A DNA stretch of 64,000 bases from Vicugna vicugna (taxonomy: Eukaryota), in assembly GCA_013265495.1 (NCBI GenBank), contig MU058000.1, forward strand, positions 1,302,001 to 1,366,000, written 5' to 3'. The notes under the pieces were generated by a model. The model ran no database searches. It worked only from the letters and a program-made list of their open reading frames with translations, and had not been told where the DNA came from. Below, in pieces: positions 1 through 12,169 of the stretch; the stretch's first letter is position 1, and every line of letters starts with the position of its first letter. A program made the translations under genes and the position numbers.

Positions 1-89
1 GTTTCTTCACTTACCTGCCAGTTTTGTCTTTTCTTAAAATGAATGTTTTCCTGGACAGGCTGTCCAATTCTCCCACAAAAATATGCTAC

Positions 90-240
90 AAGCATATATT
101 GTACAACATGGGGAATATAACCGACATTTTATAGTAACTATAAATGGAATATAACCTTTAAAAACTGTGAATCACTATATTATACACCTGTAACTTGAAT
201 AATGTTGCCCATCAATTATATTTCAATAAAAGAAAAAAAA
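90..240 (+). mobile_element. L1 LINE 3' end fragment with AATAAA and A-tail
   Basis: atattgtacaacatggggaatata...aactgtgaatcactatattatacacctgtaact...tttcaataaaagaaaaaaaa matches the 3' terminus of laurasiatherian L1. Confidence 0.8.
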
Positions 241-975
241 TACACCTGTTGTGCTCCTCCCACACAGCCTCCAGATATTTCTTAATGTCCTCAATAAACA
301 GTGTTTAGTATCAGACTGGACTCATACCTCAAAGGTACGCTAGCAAATAGAAAAAGAGTATCAAACTTGCCAGAAGGCATTGTTATTTCCTTCCATTTGG
401 GTATGCATACACACTTGACTCTTTTTCAAGTCTGGCAGATGTTAGCTTCCATGACTTAGGATGACCTTGTTAAGTATAATTTTTTTTTCAGTAATTGTTT
501 TGTTGAAGGTCATTCTTCCTCTAATTTACTACTAAGCAACACAACAGTATATCATGCTGCTCACTCTCTTTTGAGTCATAGTTAAGCCTCCTATTCTCTT
601 TCCAGCATTCAAATAGTTGATGGCTATTAATATTTGTATAGAAAATTTGTAGTAAATTCTTTGGCATCTATTGTGAAAACAGTTTCAGCTGATGAGATTC
701 TGGGAGGCTCAACATTTGAAGGAGAAAGAGAAGAGAATATTGACGTATCCTATACTTTGTCAAACCTGGTATGGCTAGAATTAAGTTCAATCCATAAAAA
801 ATTTTGTTATTAATAAGCTATGCAGAGCAAAGAAAACCTGAAAGCACTAAGTCAAAAATAAATCAGCAGGCCATAAAAATTCACGTGTGGCTGACTTTGT
901 ACCATTGTTGTCGATAGCATGACAGAGCTGAGACACCTTCATTCTTGAGTGTTTAGTCAGAAAATGGCAGCTCTA

Positions 976-1130
976 GGGGAGGGTATAGCTCAGTGATAGA
1001 GTGTGTGCTTAGCATGCACGAGGTCCTGGGTTCAATCCCCAGGACCTCCACTAAATAAATAAGTAAATAAATAAATAAAATCTAATTACCTCCCTCCTCA
1101 AAAAACAAATAAAAAAATTAATAAAAAAAA
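976..1130 (+). mobile_element. tRNA(Ala)-derived SINE, camelid Vic-1 type
   Basis: Head GGGGAGGGTATAGCTCAGTG..CTTAGCATGC..GGGTTCAATCCCCAG with A/B boxes and an A-rich tail. Target-site duplication agaaaatggcagctct (959-974) / agaaaatgacggctgt (1130-1145), 13/16 identical. Confidence 0.9.
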
Positions 1131-1799
1131 GAAAATGACGGCTGTTTTCTTGTCCTGAGTAACTTCTGTCATTATCAACAGCTGTAGTAATATTAACTTT
1201 GATGTCTATGTTTACCTTACATGAATTATAAAAATATAAATAAGTGGATGGTAGGAGCTTGAATTTTTATAGCTTTTTGTTTTTTAAATTGTTTATGCAG
1301 CCAATGATAAGAAGAAAATATAAGTATGTTTAATAATATACAAAAAACCTAATTTGCTTAACAGACTCTTTTAATTAGCATTTCTCTTGAGAAGAAGTTA
1401 TATGTAAAGCTACTGTTGTAATTTTTCCTAGATAAGAAGTCTAAAAACTTTATAGATACGCCTCCTAAATCTAAGATAGTTAAATTTATATTCTAAACCT
1501 CAAACTTTATACACTGTGAATCTTTTGTTACAAAGATTTAGTGCTATCTCCCACACCAATAAGTCCTGCACAGAGGCTTTTTATTATTATTTTTAAAATC
1601 TGAAATATTCTTTCTTACTCCAAGCATTTGTTGTCTTAGCTGATTCCTACATATCTTTCTAATTCTAGTTTAGCTAGTGCTTCTTACAGGAGGCCCTTTT
1701 GGACCTTCTGATTTAGGTTATGTATACTAACCTCCTATGTATTCCTGTTACTTCTTAAACTTTCCCTTTTCAAAACAAAATGTATATCAGTTAGATATG

Positions 1800-3020
1800 C
1801 AGATTTCAGGTTACAATTAATCTGTAGGATTTCTTCTGATACCAACTCTTCTATAGATAACAACTTAAACTTTAGACAAGATACGAGAAAACAATGACCT
1901 GAAGGCACTGAAGAGTAAAAGAAGCAGCCATGCTCTAGTGGGGACTTGAAATCTGTAAGAATGGACCAGAGCCAGTTGAGTTTCTTGTCTGTATCCTATT
2001 TTTTCATCCTGAGAACTGACCAATGTCAGCACAGTACAGGGTGGTCAAAACTCCAGCAGAAAATCTAAAGCCTTTCTGGTCTGAAAAACAGAGTACAGAT
2101 TTGGAGGACACTAGCCATGAAAACAGAGGGGTGACACTGAGGGTGGAGAGAACCAGAGAGGGAGAGCCCCAAATTCTATTTAAAAGTACTGAATTACTGT
2201 TTGAGTCTCTGGATGACCTCCTGATCCATGCAAGAGCAAAGGAGACTCAGATCTTCACAGCTAATGATAAAATACTAAATTCAAATTGAGCTGCTGTTCA
2301 AAAGAGAATTTGCATACTAGGTGCAACCAAATTAATTGCCTATAGAAACAAAACATCAATACTCTTTTGAGGAACGTGACTGGATCCAAAGTCTCTATGA
2401 CACAGCATTTACAATGTCTGGAGTACAATACAAAATTACTTAGTATATGGAGAACCAGTCTCAAAAGAAAAGGGATTCAACCGAGATCAACAATGAGGTG
2501 ATTCAGATGTTGAAATGAGCTAAGATTTTAAAGCAGCTACTATAACTAAAATTAAAATTCCCCAATAGGCTTATCAGCAAAACATAAATGAGAAGGAAAG
2601 TCATCAGTGAACTTCAGGATAACTCAACAGAAGACTAATCTGAAGACAGAGAAAAGAAGACTGAGAAAAACCGACAGAGCCTTGGGGACCTGTAGACAAT
2701 AACAAAATTGCAAAAACAAAAGCATAGCATAATCAAACTGCTGAAAGCCGAGGGTAAAGAGGAAATTTTGAAGCAACTAGAGAATAATGACATTTTCATT
2801 ATAAGGGGTATAGGGAAAATGAATCTATGTTAAAGGAAATCAGAACATTTGGGGGAAAGGGGCAGGGACTGCCTGGGAATGGACATGAGAAAACTTTTTG
2901 TGTTGATACCATGATAGAGATTTGAGTTATGTAGGTGTGTGCATTTATTATAACAGCAAATATATATACCTGAAATTAGTGTTTCTCATCTCATTATGTG
3001 TAAATTTAAATTTTACATTA
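1800..3020 (+). mobile_element. Ancient L1M remnant (5' UTR/ORF1-like pieces joined to a degraded 3' end)
   Basis: A-rich plus strand with L1M-like motifs (atttacaatgtctgg..caatacaaaattact; gagccttggggacctgtagacaataac; atcaaactgctgaaagcc). The 3'-like part is at 2850-3020. Confidence 0.65.
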
Positions 3021-3069
3021 AAGGAAAAAAAGAACTAAACCAAAAATTACAGTTTATTCCCACTAGCTT

Positions 3070-3185
3070 TAAATACTCTTGAGGACAGAGACCCACTTCA
3101 TTCCCATCACTGTGTCCTTGGTGCCCTATACAATGCGTGGCATAGGGTACGTGCTGAGTAAATTTTTGTTGAGTTAAATTTAATT
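3070..3185 (+). mobile_element. L2 LINE 3' end
   Basis: cttgaggacagagacc...tgcgtggcatagg..gctgagtaaatttttgttgag resembles the L2 3' tail. Confidence 0.65.
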
Positions 3186-3561
3186 CCATGTATTCATTTT
3201 TCATCTCCGCTGACCTACTGCAGATGAGTAGATCATGATCAAAGTTCTGAAAAATAAATAAAGATGAAAGAAGGAATCTGTATAATCATTAGCATGATAG
3301 GCTAGTGAGAATTTAAATATAACATACAGAGTTGGTCGTTCAATAACATGTTAGAGTTTGCATTTTTGAACTCCCATTGCCCTATATCAAATGCCTAATG
3401 TAAGCCAAAAACTCAAGGGTCACGACCTCAAGGAACATATAACGTACATTATCTGTAAGAATATTGCAAAGTGAATATTATTATCTCCTTTTTCTAGTTG
3501 ATCAAATTGAGACTAAAGAAAGGTACAGGATTGGGATTATATGGCTGATAAGTGAGTAGCT

Positions 3562-4028
3562 GTGTCAGGCTATTTGTAGGAAATAGTTATTCCCAGATGG
3601 CTAAATAAAGAGATTTAATGGCAAAACACATACAGCGATGTGGGTAGCGTAAAAGGAATAAAAAGGGGATGATAAGGTACTCAGAGACAGCAGCTTAAGG
3701 AAGACATTACAGCCCCCTTAGGTCTGGAGGGACTTAGGGAGGAAATAGTATTTCTGGATCCCAGTGAGAACTGGAGATACAGAGGAGGGGTGGCCTGGTG
3801 AGAACTCTGGAGTCTTGCAGCTACTGCCCAAGCTGTGGTGCAAAAGAAGGCAAAGTCCTGTCCTTTCACAGCCCCTGTCACTTCCTGCCATCGTATCTCC
3901 TGCAGGTTGAATCCAGCTGGATGCCCGCCAGCAGTCAAGGGAGCTGCCAGAGCCAGCCTCCCAGGGCACAGAACAGGTTAGAGAAGAATGGAGAATAGAA
4001 TGGGTGGGGGTGATTAGAAATTAACTAG
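3562..4028 (-). mobile_element. ERVL solo LTR (LTR33/LTR41-like) inserted into a MIR
   Basis: Reverse complement begins ...ctccattcttctctaacctgttctgtgccctgggaggctg...ctcccttg, as in LTR33-family 5' ends. MIR-like pieces flank it (3450-3560, 4030-4110). Confidence 0.6.
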
Positions 4029-4689
4029 TACTTGTAGCCACACCCAGATCTGACCCCATGTTCTTATGTCTTCCAGTCCCATGCTCTTTCTCATACCTCA
4101 TGCTGACTTTCATTTTAGACACAGGACTTTTAGTAGCAACCATGGATTTTCTTATTAGAGCCATGTCGAACTAGACCCTCTCGCTTTCTCTTCCGGCAGC
4201 CAGGAGGTCATCACAGAGTTCCAGGGTTCAGATGTGAAGTGGAGAGTGGGAATGAACTACCGTTACCTAGGTTAGCTCTTCGATCATTAGCTCAGAGAGC
4301 CCAACTGTCTTTCACATTCAACACACAATTGTCCCCAGGTTAGTCGACTTCCAGCACTTTCACATGAATGGAACTGAGTTACTAATTAAATGCCATAAGG
4401 CTAACTGATGGTTGGTTACTCTTTAATGTGACATTTTCAAGCACGGAAAAGACAGGGATTGAGATAATTGTTCTCCAGCTCGCTAAATGTAATGCAGCTA
4501 AGGAAAAGGACTAGGGTGCAGGGTCTGGCTTCCATTATTTCCAGCCCAGCAGGTCTTTTAGAAATGTCTTTTAGGACTGCCAGCCCTGTCCAATTGTCTT
4601 GGCAGCATGAAACATAGACTCCTTCTCATGAAATGTGGTTGAAAATACAGATAAAATGAAATAATTTTTTCTAAGCATTAATTAAACTA

Positions 4690-4860
4690 GTTAATTAATC
4701 TCACTGAGCCTCAGCTTCTGGTATGCAAAATGGGACTAATAATAGTGTGTACCTCATGTAAGAGTTGTGAAATTTAATGAGGTAACAAACACAGAGTGCT
4801 TATAACTGCACCTGGAAAATAATAAGCATTCAATAAATGTTAGCCATCATCGTCATTGTT
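4690..4860 (+). mobile_element. MIR SINE
   Basis: Core ctcactgagcctcagcttctgg..aaaatgggactaataatagt...aagcattcaataaatgttagc. Confidence 0.8.
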
Positions 4861-5289
4861 ATTACTTTACTTTGTGCTGGGCAACGGCCTTTGCCCTCTC
4901 TTTGGTTGCAATTCCGTTTTTAGGTTGTTTCAAAAGCCCTTCTGAGATTTCTCTCCCTATTTTTTTTTTCATTTTCTCTCAAATTTCTAGTTTGTTATTC
5001 TGACAGAGACACTTGCATACTGACAATTCCAGCTTTGGTTGACTCTAAGGTGCCCTGAGTATGAACCCCTACGTGGCACTGCCCTGAGAAATAAGCCATA
5101 TATTCACTAGTTTGTTCTGGTACGACAGCCTGCAGAGAGCAGCCTGTGGCATAATTCACTTCATGTGCTGAGTGGAAGCAGGAGCAGAGGTTTATATTAG
5201 AAGAGAATTATTGATCAAAACCTTTACATTCCCACATCCTCTTCTTCAAGTTGACCCCTAGCCTTTAATTTAGCCTTCTTTTCTGTTCT

Positions 5290-5485
5290 TCTTAGTAAAA
5301 GATTTTGGCCTCAAATTATGATAATGCCACTTATCAATAAATGACCTTGGGGAAATCACATGCCTTTTCCACCTCAGTTTCCACATCTGTAAGTTAAGAT
5401 GACATGGTATCTTCTCCATGCGAGTATTTGCTAGTGAGTGGAGTGTCTAGTGCATATAATGGGGTCTTAGTTAATATTAATTAAA
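5290..5485 (+). mobile_element. MIR SINE
   Basis: tgaccttggggaaatcac...cctcagtttccacatctgtaa core. Confidence 0.7.
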
Positions 5486-5548
5486 TCTTGAAACTGTGTC
5501 TTCTTTGGGCTGGGATGGAGTTTGAAAGAATAATTTCTGTACAGATTT

Positions 5549-5768
5549 TCAAATATTTGTTCCCAGAAGGTTAAATGAAGAGAATTTGACAACAACCCTC
5601 ATGTAGAGGTGTGCGTAGGGTAAAGGGAATAAAAGAGGGACCATGAGGTACTCAGAGATGGCAGCTTAAGGAAGACATAACAGCCCCCAAGGACCAAGGG
5701 AGGAAATAGCATTTCTAGAGCCCAGCGAGAACTGGAAATACGAGGAGGGTGAGTTTCGTGGGAGCTCT
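5549..5768 (-). mobile_element. Partial copy of the LTR33-like element at 3580-3810
   Basis: Collinear direct similarity, e.g. 40/43 identity between 3675-3717 and 5646-5688. Confidence 0.7.
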
Positions 5769-6305
5769 GCCAAATCGAATGTTCCCCTGACTTAAAATAT
5801 TGCCAAATACTGCTGTTCTGCACACAGAGAAGAGGATTGGATTCTGGAGTAGAAGATCCAGTTCCCTCCTCACACTAGAGTTCAGTGAGTTAGTAATTAT
5901 TCCATAGTGTGAGATATCACTGTCCCTGTTATGCTTTTTCTCCCTACACTTATGGTAGGAGCATTTTAAGCTCTTTTCTCTCTTTTTTCAAGAGAAAGGG
6001 AGTTACCCTTCAGAATTGAGCAGGACCAAGGGGAACATGATTGGCAAACAGAACTTCAAGTATTCTGGGTTTCTGGCCATATTATAAAAGCCACAGACAT
6101 CCCACCTTGGTTGTACAAAGGAGGATGGCCATTTCTTTGACTGTTTTCTAATTGATGAAGCTAAGAAAATCCATTTTGACTTTGTGGTTGCTTCATCTGA
6201 GCTGGTAGACCTGGAATTTAAATAACTCTACTCCAAGAATAATCTTTTCCTTGCAGAACTTAATTATGAGGAGTGAATAATGAGAGGATACTTCCCTTGG
6301 GGTGC

Positions 6306-6715
6306 TGTCTTTGTCAGGGTCCTGGAAGAAAATAGATGGCTCTCAAACTGGGTAAGTGACCAGGGGTTTATAAACAGACTACTTGCAAGATGTGGGCAGG
6401 GAAACCAAAAAAGATGGTGCAGTATCCTAGGACTAGGGTTCATGGTGAATCTTTATCACACTTAGGCCTAAAAAGCAAAGAATATCATACTTGAAAAGAG
6501 TAGTTGTGGTGAGGGCATCTCAGATCCATGTCCTTTGGGATTCAGCCAAGCCAGGAGACAAAAACCTGATCATACGCCCCTCCTGCTTTATATTCGCCTG
6601 AGGATGGTCCAATCAAACTAGAAGCCAGAGTCAAGGGAGCCTTTTAACTCAATCCAGATCCATGTTAGGGTGGAGAGTGTATCTGATGGGGGGGGGGCGG
6701 AAAATATCTTGCACA
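6306..6715 (-). mobile_element. ERVL LTR33 solo LTR
   Basis: Reverse complement starts tgtgcaagatatttt..cagatacactctccaccc...gctcccttgactctggcttctagtttgattggacc and ends ..ggaccctgacaaagaca. Confidence 0.75.
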
Positions 6716-6934
6716 GGTGCCAAGAGGTCAGGTCACATTCTTTGATAACTTCAACAAGAAGGGAAAGATCATAATTGAATCTATTCAACCTAATCCATCC
6801 TAAGTGTTAAAACTTTACATCAGCTTAACTCTTCAGGCATTTTAAAACAACTGTTACTGTTTTCCATTGTGATTGGAAGAACCATCCCTATTTTGAAGTG
6901 AATAGGCATCAAGTTTATTCAGTTTAATTTTATG

Positions 6935-7170
6935 AACATGAATAGCTACTACTATGTGCCAGGCACAGCTCTAAATACTTTAAATATGCTAATCCTTTAA
7001 TTCTCAGAACAGCTTTCCCATTGTTACTATTATTCTCCTCATTTTGCAAATGGAGAAACAACACAGGAGGTTAAATGAATTTGCCTAACATCATAAACCC
7101 AAGAAGTGAAGCCAACATCTGCATTCTGGCAGTCTGATTCCATGGCCTTAGTTTATTTTAAATCATAGGC
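6935..7170 (-). mobile_element. MIR SINE
   Basis: actactatgtgccaggcac...cctcattttgcaaatggagaaac..aggttaaatgaatttgcc. Confidence 0.8.
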
Positions 7171-7659
7171 TATGCTGCTTGCCTATATGGTCTAATGCCT
7201 TGCTAAGGAATCAGCCTAATGCATTCTCAACTCCCTCTATTAAAAGTTAAAGTAGTGTCCCTTCTTTCACACGTGGTGATACGATGTTGTATAAAGAGCG
7301 TGCACTTTGGAATCCAAAGCTCTTCCTGCAAGGGTAGTGGGCCCCAGGCAACTTTCCCAGGACCTGGGTAAGTGCTGGCAAAAAATAAAAATAAAAGTGG
7401 TGGAGAAAAGGCTGTGATCTCAACATCCTTCCTGGGCACCTTAGGAAATCACTAAGGGAGATACTGCTAAATTGAATTCAAGTAATTGTATTAAAAGAGG
7501 GTTTGTTATCCTGAATACTGCTCCCTGCCAAGCATGGAAACCCACAGACGCTGTCCAGTTGCCCTACCAAAGAGTCAAGACAGTCAGACACACGTAGGTT
7601 CAAATCCTAGAAACGCTTATTTCTTCTATGACTAACCTGAGGGATGAGAATGGCAGGAA

Positions 7660-7895
7660 GCATTTAGAATAGCTGTCAGAACATGGGTTTCAAAGGAAAA
7701 GGGAGAGTTCAAATTTTAGTTCCACTGTTAATTCAGTATTTGTCAAGTTATTTAACCCCTGATTTGTAGTTTACTCGTCTATAAAATGGGGCTGAAAATA
7801 CTTCCCAAGCTGTTCTATAAATCAAATGCAGTAATGGATATAAATCCAGTGGTGTCTGAAACATAAGAAGCATTCACTACATGAGAGTTAGCTGT
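7660..7895 (+). mobile_element. MIR SINE
   Basis: gttcaaattttagttccact..caagttatttaacc..gtctataaaatgggg. Confidence 0.65.
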
Positions 7896-8063
7896 GTCAC
7901 CCTCCTCTTCCTCATCATTAGGCTCTTTGGGAAATGCTCCTGGCCTTTGTGTATGGTTCTGATGGCTGTCAATAGTTTCTTCTATGCCCTCTGCTGGAAG
8001 TGTTGGGCGAGAGGCTGAGACTCGCCTGACCAGAAACCTTACATTATTGGTCCAAAGGATGGG

Positions 8064-8520
8064 GTACTAGTTTCCTCAGGCTGCCACAAAAGGTCACCAA
8101 GTATCAACCGAAAGAGAAATTAATTCTGTCACAGACACTAATTTTTAAACAATAGAAATTTATTCATTCACATTTTTGAAGACTAGGAATTCAAAATCAA
8201 GGTTGGTTAAGGTTAGTTCCTTCTAGAGGCTCTGAAGGAGAAACCGTTTTATTTCTTTCTCCTAACTTCCGGTGGTTGCTGGCAATCCTTGGTGTTCCTT
8301 GGCTTGTAGATACATCACTCTTAATTTCTATCTCCGTCTTCACCTTGACTTCTCCTCTGTGTCTTCTTCCTTTCTGTATCTCATAAGAACACAGGCCATT
8401 GGGATTAAGACCCACCTGGTTAATTAACTTAATTACATCTGCAAAGGTTCTTTTCCAAATAAGCTCTCACTCACAGGTTCCGGGTAGAGATATCTTCTGG
8501 GGGCCGCCGTTAAACTCATT
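8064..8520 (-). mobile_element. MaLR LTR, MLT1B/C type
   Basis: agtttcct.agggctgcc...ttccttctagaggctctgaaggaga...ccttggtgttccttggcttgtaga...ttacatctgcaaagg..tttccaaataag. Confidence 0.85.
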
Positions 8521-8524
8521 GCAA

Positions 8525-8901
8525 ATGGGCACCTGATTCAAGCAGAGTTCATCCATGGGTATCAAGCTCATCTTGTAGAGAGAGCCTCTATAAAAATCAA
8601 GACAATGTAGAGGAAAGCAGGACCAAGTGATGTAACAATGAGGAGAGAGAAGGAAAGGGGGAGAGAGAGGAGAGAGAAAGAGGGAGAGAGGAGAGACAGA
8701 GAGAGGGAGGAGAGAGAGAAGGGGAGAGAGAGAGAAATCTCAGTCTCTCAAGGGAACACCTAGATTCGGTAGAACCCTAAATCATTTCTACGTCTAGACT
8801 TATCAGTTCCATGAGGTAATATTTTGTGTGTGTGTGTGTGTGTATAAGCTTCTGTAAGTCGAGTTTTTATTACTCATATCTGAAAGTATCCTGAATAACA
8901 C
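8525..8901 (+). mobile_element. Old MaLR LTR (MLT1J/K-like) 3' part containing GA- and TG-microsatellites
   Basis: gacttatcagttccatgagg...gagtttttattactcatatctgaaagtatcctgaataaca resembles the MLT1J/K 3' end. Confidence 0.55.
8641..8735. repeat. GA-rich low-complexity polypurine tract
   Basis: aggagagagaaggaaaggggg...gagagaaa read directly. (TG)9 lies nearby at 8825-8842. Confidence 0.9.
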
Positions 8902-9358
8902 AACTGCTAATACTAACAGGTGCTGATTCCATTTCTTTATCTGCCCTTGGTAAGAAGTGGAAAAGAGATTGTTGGAAAGGGCTCCCTAATGAGTGATTAC
9001 TTCAGCTGGAGATGGAGTAGACACTAGTCTTTCTCACAGTGGATTATAATCTATAATTTTAAACAATAGTTGCTTACTCCCTTCTAAGGATGCTCAGCTC
9101 TTACGAGCTACCATATAATCTAGTGCTTTCTATTTTTTAAGTACTGGGCAAAATCTTTGCTTATATTGTATTTTATCTAATCCTATGGAAAACCTATGAG
9201 ATAGATGATATCCTCATGTACAGATAAGAAAAAGGAAGCTCCAAATTGAAGTATTGTCAAATTTCTTATAATTAACAAGGGGTTCTGTCAGGTGGCAACA
9301 GTGTTGTCTTCTCTTTATCATCTCTGGGATTTATCCAAAGGCTTGACATGTAGTAGAG

Positions 9359-9523
9359 CAATGGTTCTCAAAGTGTGTTCCCTGAGTAAGCAGTATTAGC
9401 ATTAACTGGGGGCCCATTAGGAATGTAAATGATCAGGCTCCACTCTGCATAGTGAGTCAGAAACTCTGGGGTGAGACCCAGCTCTCCAGGTTATTCTGGT
9501 GAACTAAAATTTAAGGGCCATGG
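9359..9523. mobile_element. MER5A hAT-Charlie DNA transposon
   Basis: caatggttctcaaagtgtg..gcagtattagcattaactggg..gagtcagaaactctggggtg..ctctccaggttattctg..aaatttaagggccatg. Confidence 0.8.
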
Positions 9524-9969
9524 AGTGGATATTCATTAAGTATAGAAAAACAGTGAAAATGTTGAACCCCATATTGAACGTCTTAGTTAAGGAAAAAGGT
9601 TTAGGTCTAGGATCTGTGGTTTCCCAAGAAATAATCTGACTTCTAGTATCAGAGTGACAGAGATATCTGTAGGTACCCTAAATTTATTCTTCTCCTTCAT
9701 GTGATCTCAGCTGACTGCCAGGTTACTCTTGGCGTATAGACTTGGAACCCATCACAGTGCACTTGACACAACCACAAACGCATGGCAAGCAAGGGCTTCT
9801 CACCTTCCAGACACTGGAGGGCTATGTCTCTCTTCAGCCACAGTCCAGAGCGCTGTTCCTGGTGTCTCTTAGCCTTTCCTTATAGTATAAAATTGCAGAG
9901 GAAAAAAAAATCATCTTTTCACACCATTAGGCCATTGCTTACCTAATGGGACATATAATGTGATGAAAT

Positions 9970-9982
9970 TGCCACCTGGTGG
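9970..9982 (-). promoter_or_regulatory. CTCF core motif
   Basis: Minus strand reads CCACCAGGTGGCA, matching the CTCF consensus CCASYAGRKGGCR, in non-repeat sequence. Confidence 0.55.
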
Positions 9983-10479
9983 TTGAGATATGGGACATTT
10001 CCCAAGGGTATAATTATGCAGGCTATTATTTAATATTTTAACTGTACCTACTCCAAAGGCATGCCTGTGGAGTTAGTTAATGTTATGACAAGCCAGAGAT
10101 TGAAACTGAGATTTTTAACACTTTTAAAATGGCAGAACAACAGATGACTAGATTTAAGGGGGGTGGTGGGGAGAAGCCCAGCCACTTGATTTTAGAGAAA
10201 AATTTATCATAGATGCAGGTGTTCAACACATAGAATAAAACATGACAAAAAGCAAAGAATAGGAATTAAAGACCCAGAGTTAAAAAATTTGGTACATTCA
10301 TTCATTTTGAAAACAATGTTCCACTTGATGAATGTAATAGTATATGTAGAAGTGAAGTAATATTGATAGAAAATTAAGTATCTCTTTTACAATAAAATTT
10401 TAAATTATGTATTTCTAGGATGTTCCAGTACAATCTGGGTCTTTTAGAGGCTGTCTCTCCCCACGGAGTGTTGAAGTGC

Positions 10480-10665
10480 TATATTAGTGGGGATAGAATA
10501 GGTTTTGCTGCAAAAACAAATTAACCTTGAGATATCCATGACCTAGCAACAACAACAAAGATTAATCTCTGTCTCATTCTGCATGTCCAACACAGTTTGG
10601 TAGGGAACAGTTTCCCGCATAGCTGCTCAAAGACTCAGGCTAATGCAAAGCTCCAACAACTTGTA
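10480..10665 (-). mobile_element. MaLR LTR fragment (MLT1J/K-like)
   Basis: attagtggggatagaataggttttgctgc..aacaaa..caacaaagattaatctctgtctca..gcatgtcc..aagactcaggctaatg. Confidence 0.6.
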
Positions 10666-10670
10666 GTTTT

Positions 10671-10694
10671 ACACACACACACACACACACACAC
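10671..10694. repeat. (AC)12 microsatellite
   Basis: Direct reading. Confidence 0.95.
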
Positions 10695-10834
10695 AAATAT
10701 ATAAGCTTTGGAACTGGTATTTAGACTTGAACCCCAAATCTGGCAATTTCTGTTTTAGGGACTCCAAATAAATTTAGTGGTTCAATGACTTTACCCTTTT
10801 CCTTCTAAGTTCACCACTACATAGGATTAATTGA

Positions 10835-11100
10835 GGTCCAGTATGGTCTAACGTTTAAGAGCTTGAATCCTGGAACCAGACTTAGGTTTGAGTCCCATTG
10901 CCACTACTTACGGAGTTATGTGGCCTTGGGCAAATCACTTAATCCTTTGTTCTTTGCTTTTCTCATCTGTAAAAAGGGGTAATGATAGTACCTAGATCCA
11001 ATGCCAATGTGAAAGTTAAACTGGTTAACGTACGTAAAGCCCTTAAAACAATGCCTGGTGCAGAGTAAGTGCTATTTTGGTTATTTCTGGCTATTATGAT
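10835..11100 (+). mobile_element. MIR SINE, near full length
   Basis: ggtttgagtcccattgccactactta..tgtggccttgggcaaatcacttaa..tttctcatctgtaaaaaggggtaatgatagtacc..taaagcccttaaaacaatgcctgg. Confidence 0.9.
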
Positions 11101-12169
11101 GATGAAATTAGACAATGTTTGTAGAGACTCTTTCACCTAGTAAATGAGTTATAATAGAGAAGCAGCAAAAAGATGGCCATCCATGAAGATTTTGGCTCTC
11201 TCATTATCAAATAATGTTAATGTAAACCTTTGTACTCTTTTTTCCCTTTGCTTTGGCTACTAGGAAACTCAGAGCTAGATTTAATGCTTAGTCATAATAT
11301 CTACGGATCCTTACGTTGTTAGATTTTCACGTATGTAATATAAAATGCTGAAACCCTTTTTGAAAGAGGCAGGGTAAAAATTTTTTTTAGTAGTAGAAGT
11401 GGACTAAGATCAATTTCTGTTACTTTAACTATTTTTTTCTTCCCTCTATTTTTCGTCTTCCCTTCCTCCGTTCCCTCCTTCCTTTCTTTTTCACTTTCTC
11501 TCTTTCTCTTTCTTTCTTTCACAGGTATGACTGGAGAGATGTCCATCCTTCTGTGTTACAGAGTTAACCTGTGTAGAGATAGACATTCTTCTAGGAGAAG
11601 CAAGCAGCTCACCGAAACAATACCTTTTAAAATGCCCATAATTTAAATAATTGAAGGGTTTCCTAAGTTCTCCAGTTTATTGTCAGGTTTCAGTGACTCC
11701 TCCTCTTACTAAAGCTGTTTCTCTCCTACCATGCCTTGTATCTATCACTGTTTGGCAAGCGGCTTGTACACTCTGAGCTCTGCTCTCCCTGAGAAATATC
11801 TGTGGTTAAATACCCCACTCATGATGTACAGAGGGAGAAATAGGGGTAGGGGGCATATTTCAGACAGCTCCTGGTTTCATTTGAACCCGTGTGCTTCTTT
11901 TGCTTGGTGAAGAGGCAGAGTTCCAGAAAGATGTAAGACTGTTGGAAAGAGTTCAGTGAAATGAAAGAAAATATGGTCTGTGGCAGGTTTGAAGTATTGA
12001 GTTCTTAGGAACTGTCAGAGGCCAAGTACGTAATAAACTTCAATAAATGACAAGATGATGTGGAAGAATAATTACCCAAAGGTTTGTGGTGGTTGTGAAC
12101 ACCTAGGAAGAAGAGGGAATGTGGAAGAGGAGTTCAGACAGCATGGCTGCAAGCAATCGAAAGAAAGAA

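Noticed and set aside
976..1050. tRNA-Ala(AGC) gene
   Set aside because: It has a mutated D-loop/A box (TGATAGAG), an A-rich tail and a TSD, so it is a SINE head rather than a functional tRNA.
2023..2289. 88-aa ORF
   Set aside because: Lies inside a degraded L1 5' region and has no recognisable domain.
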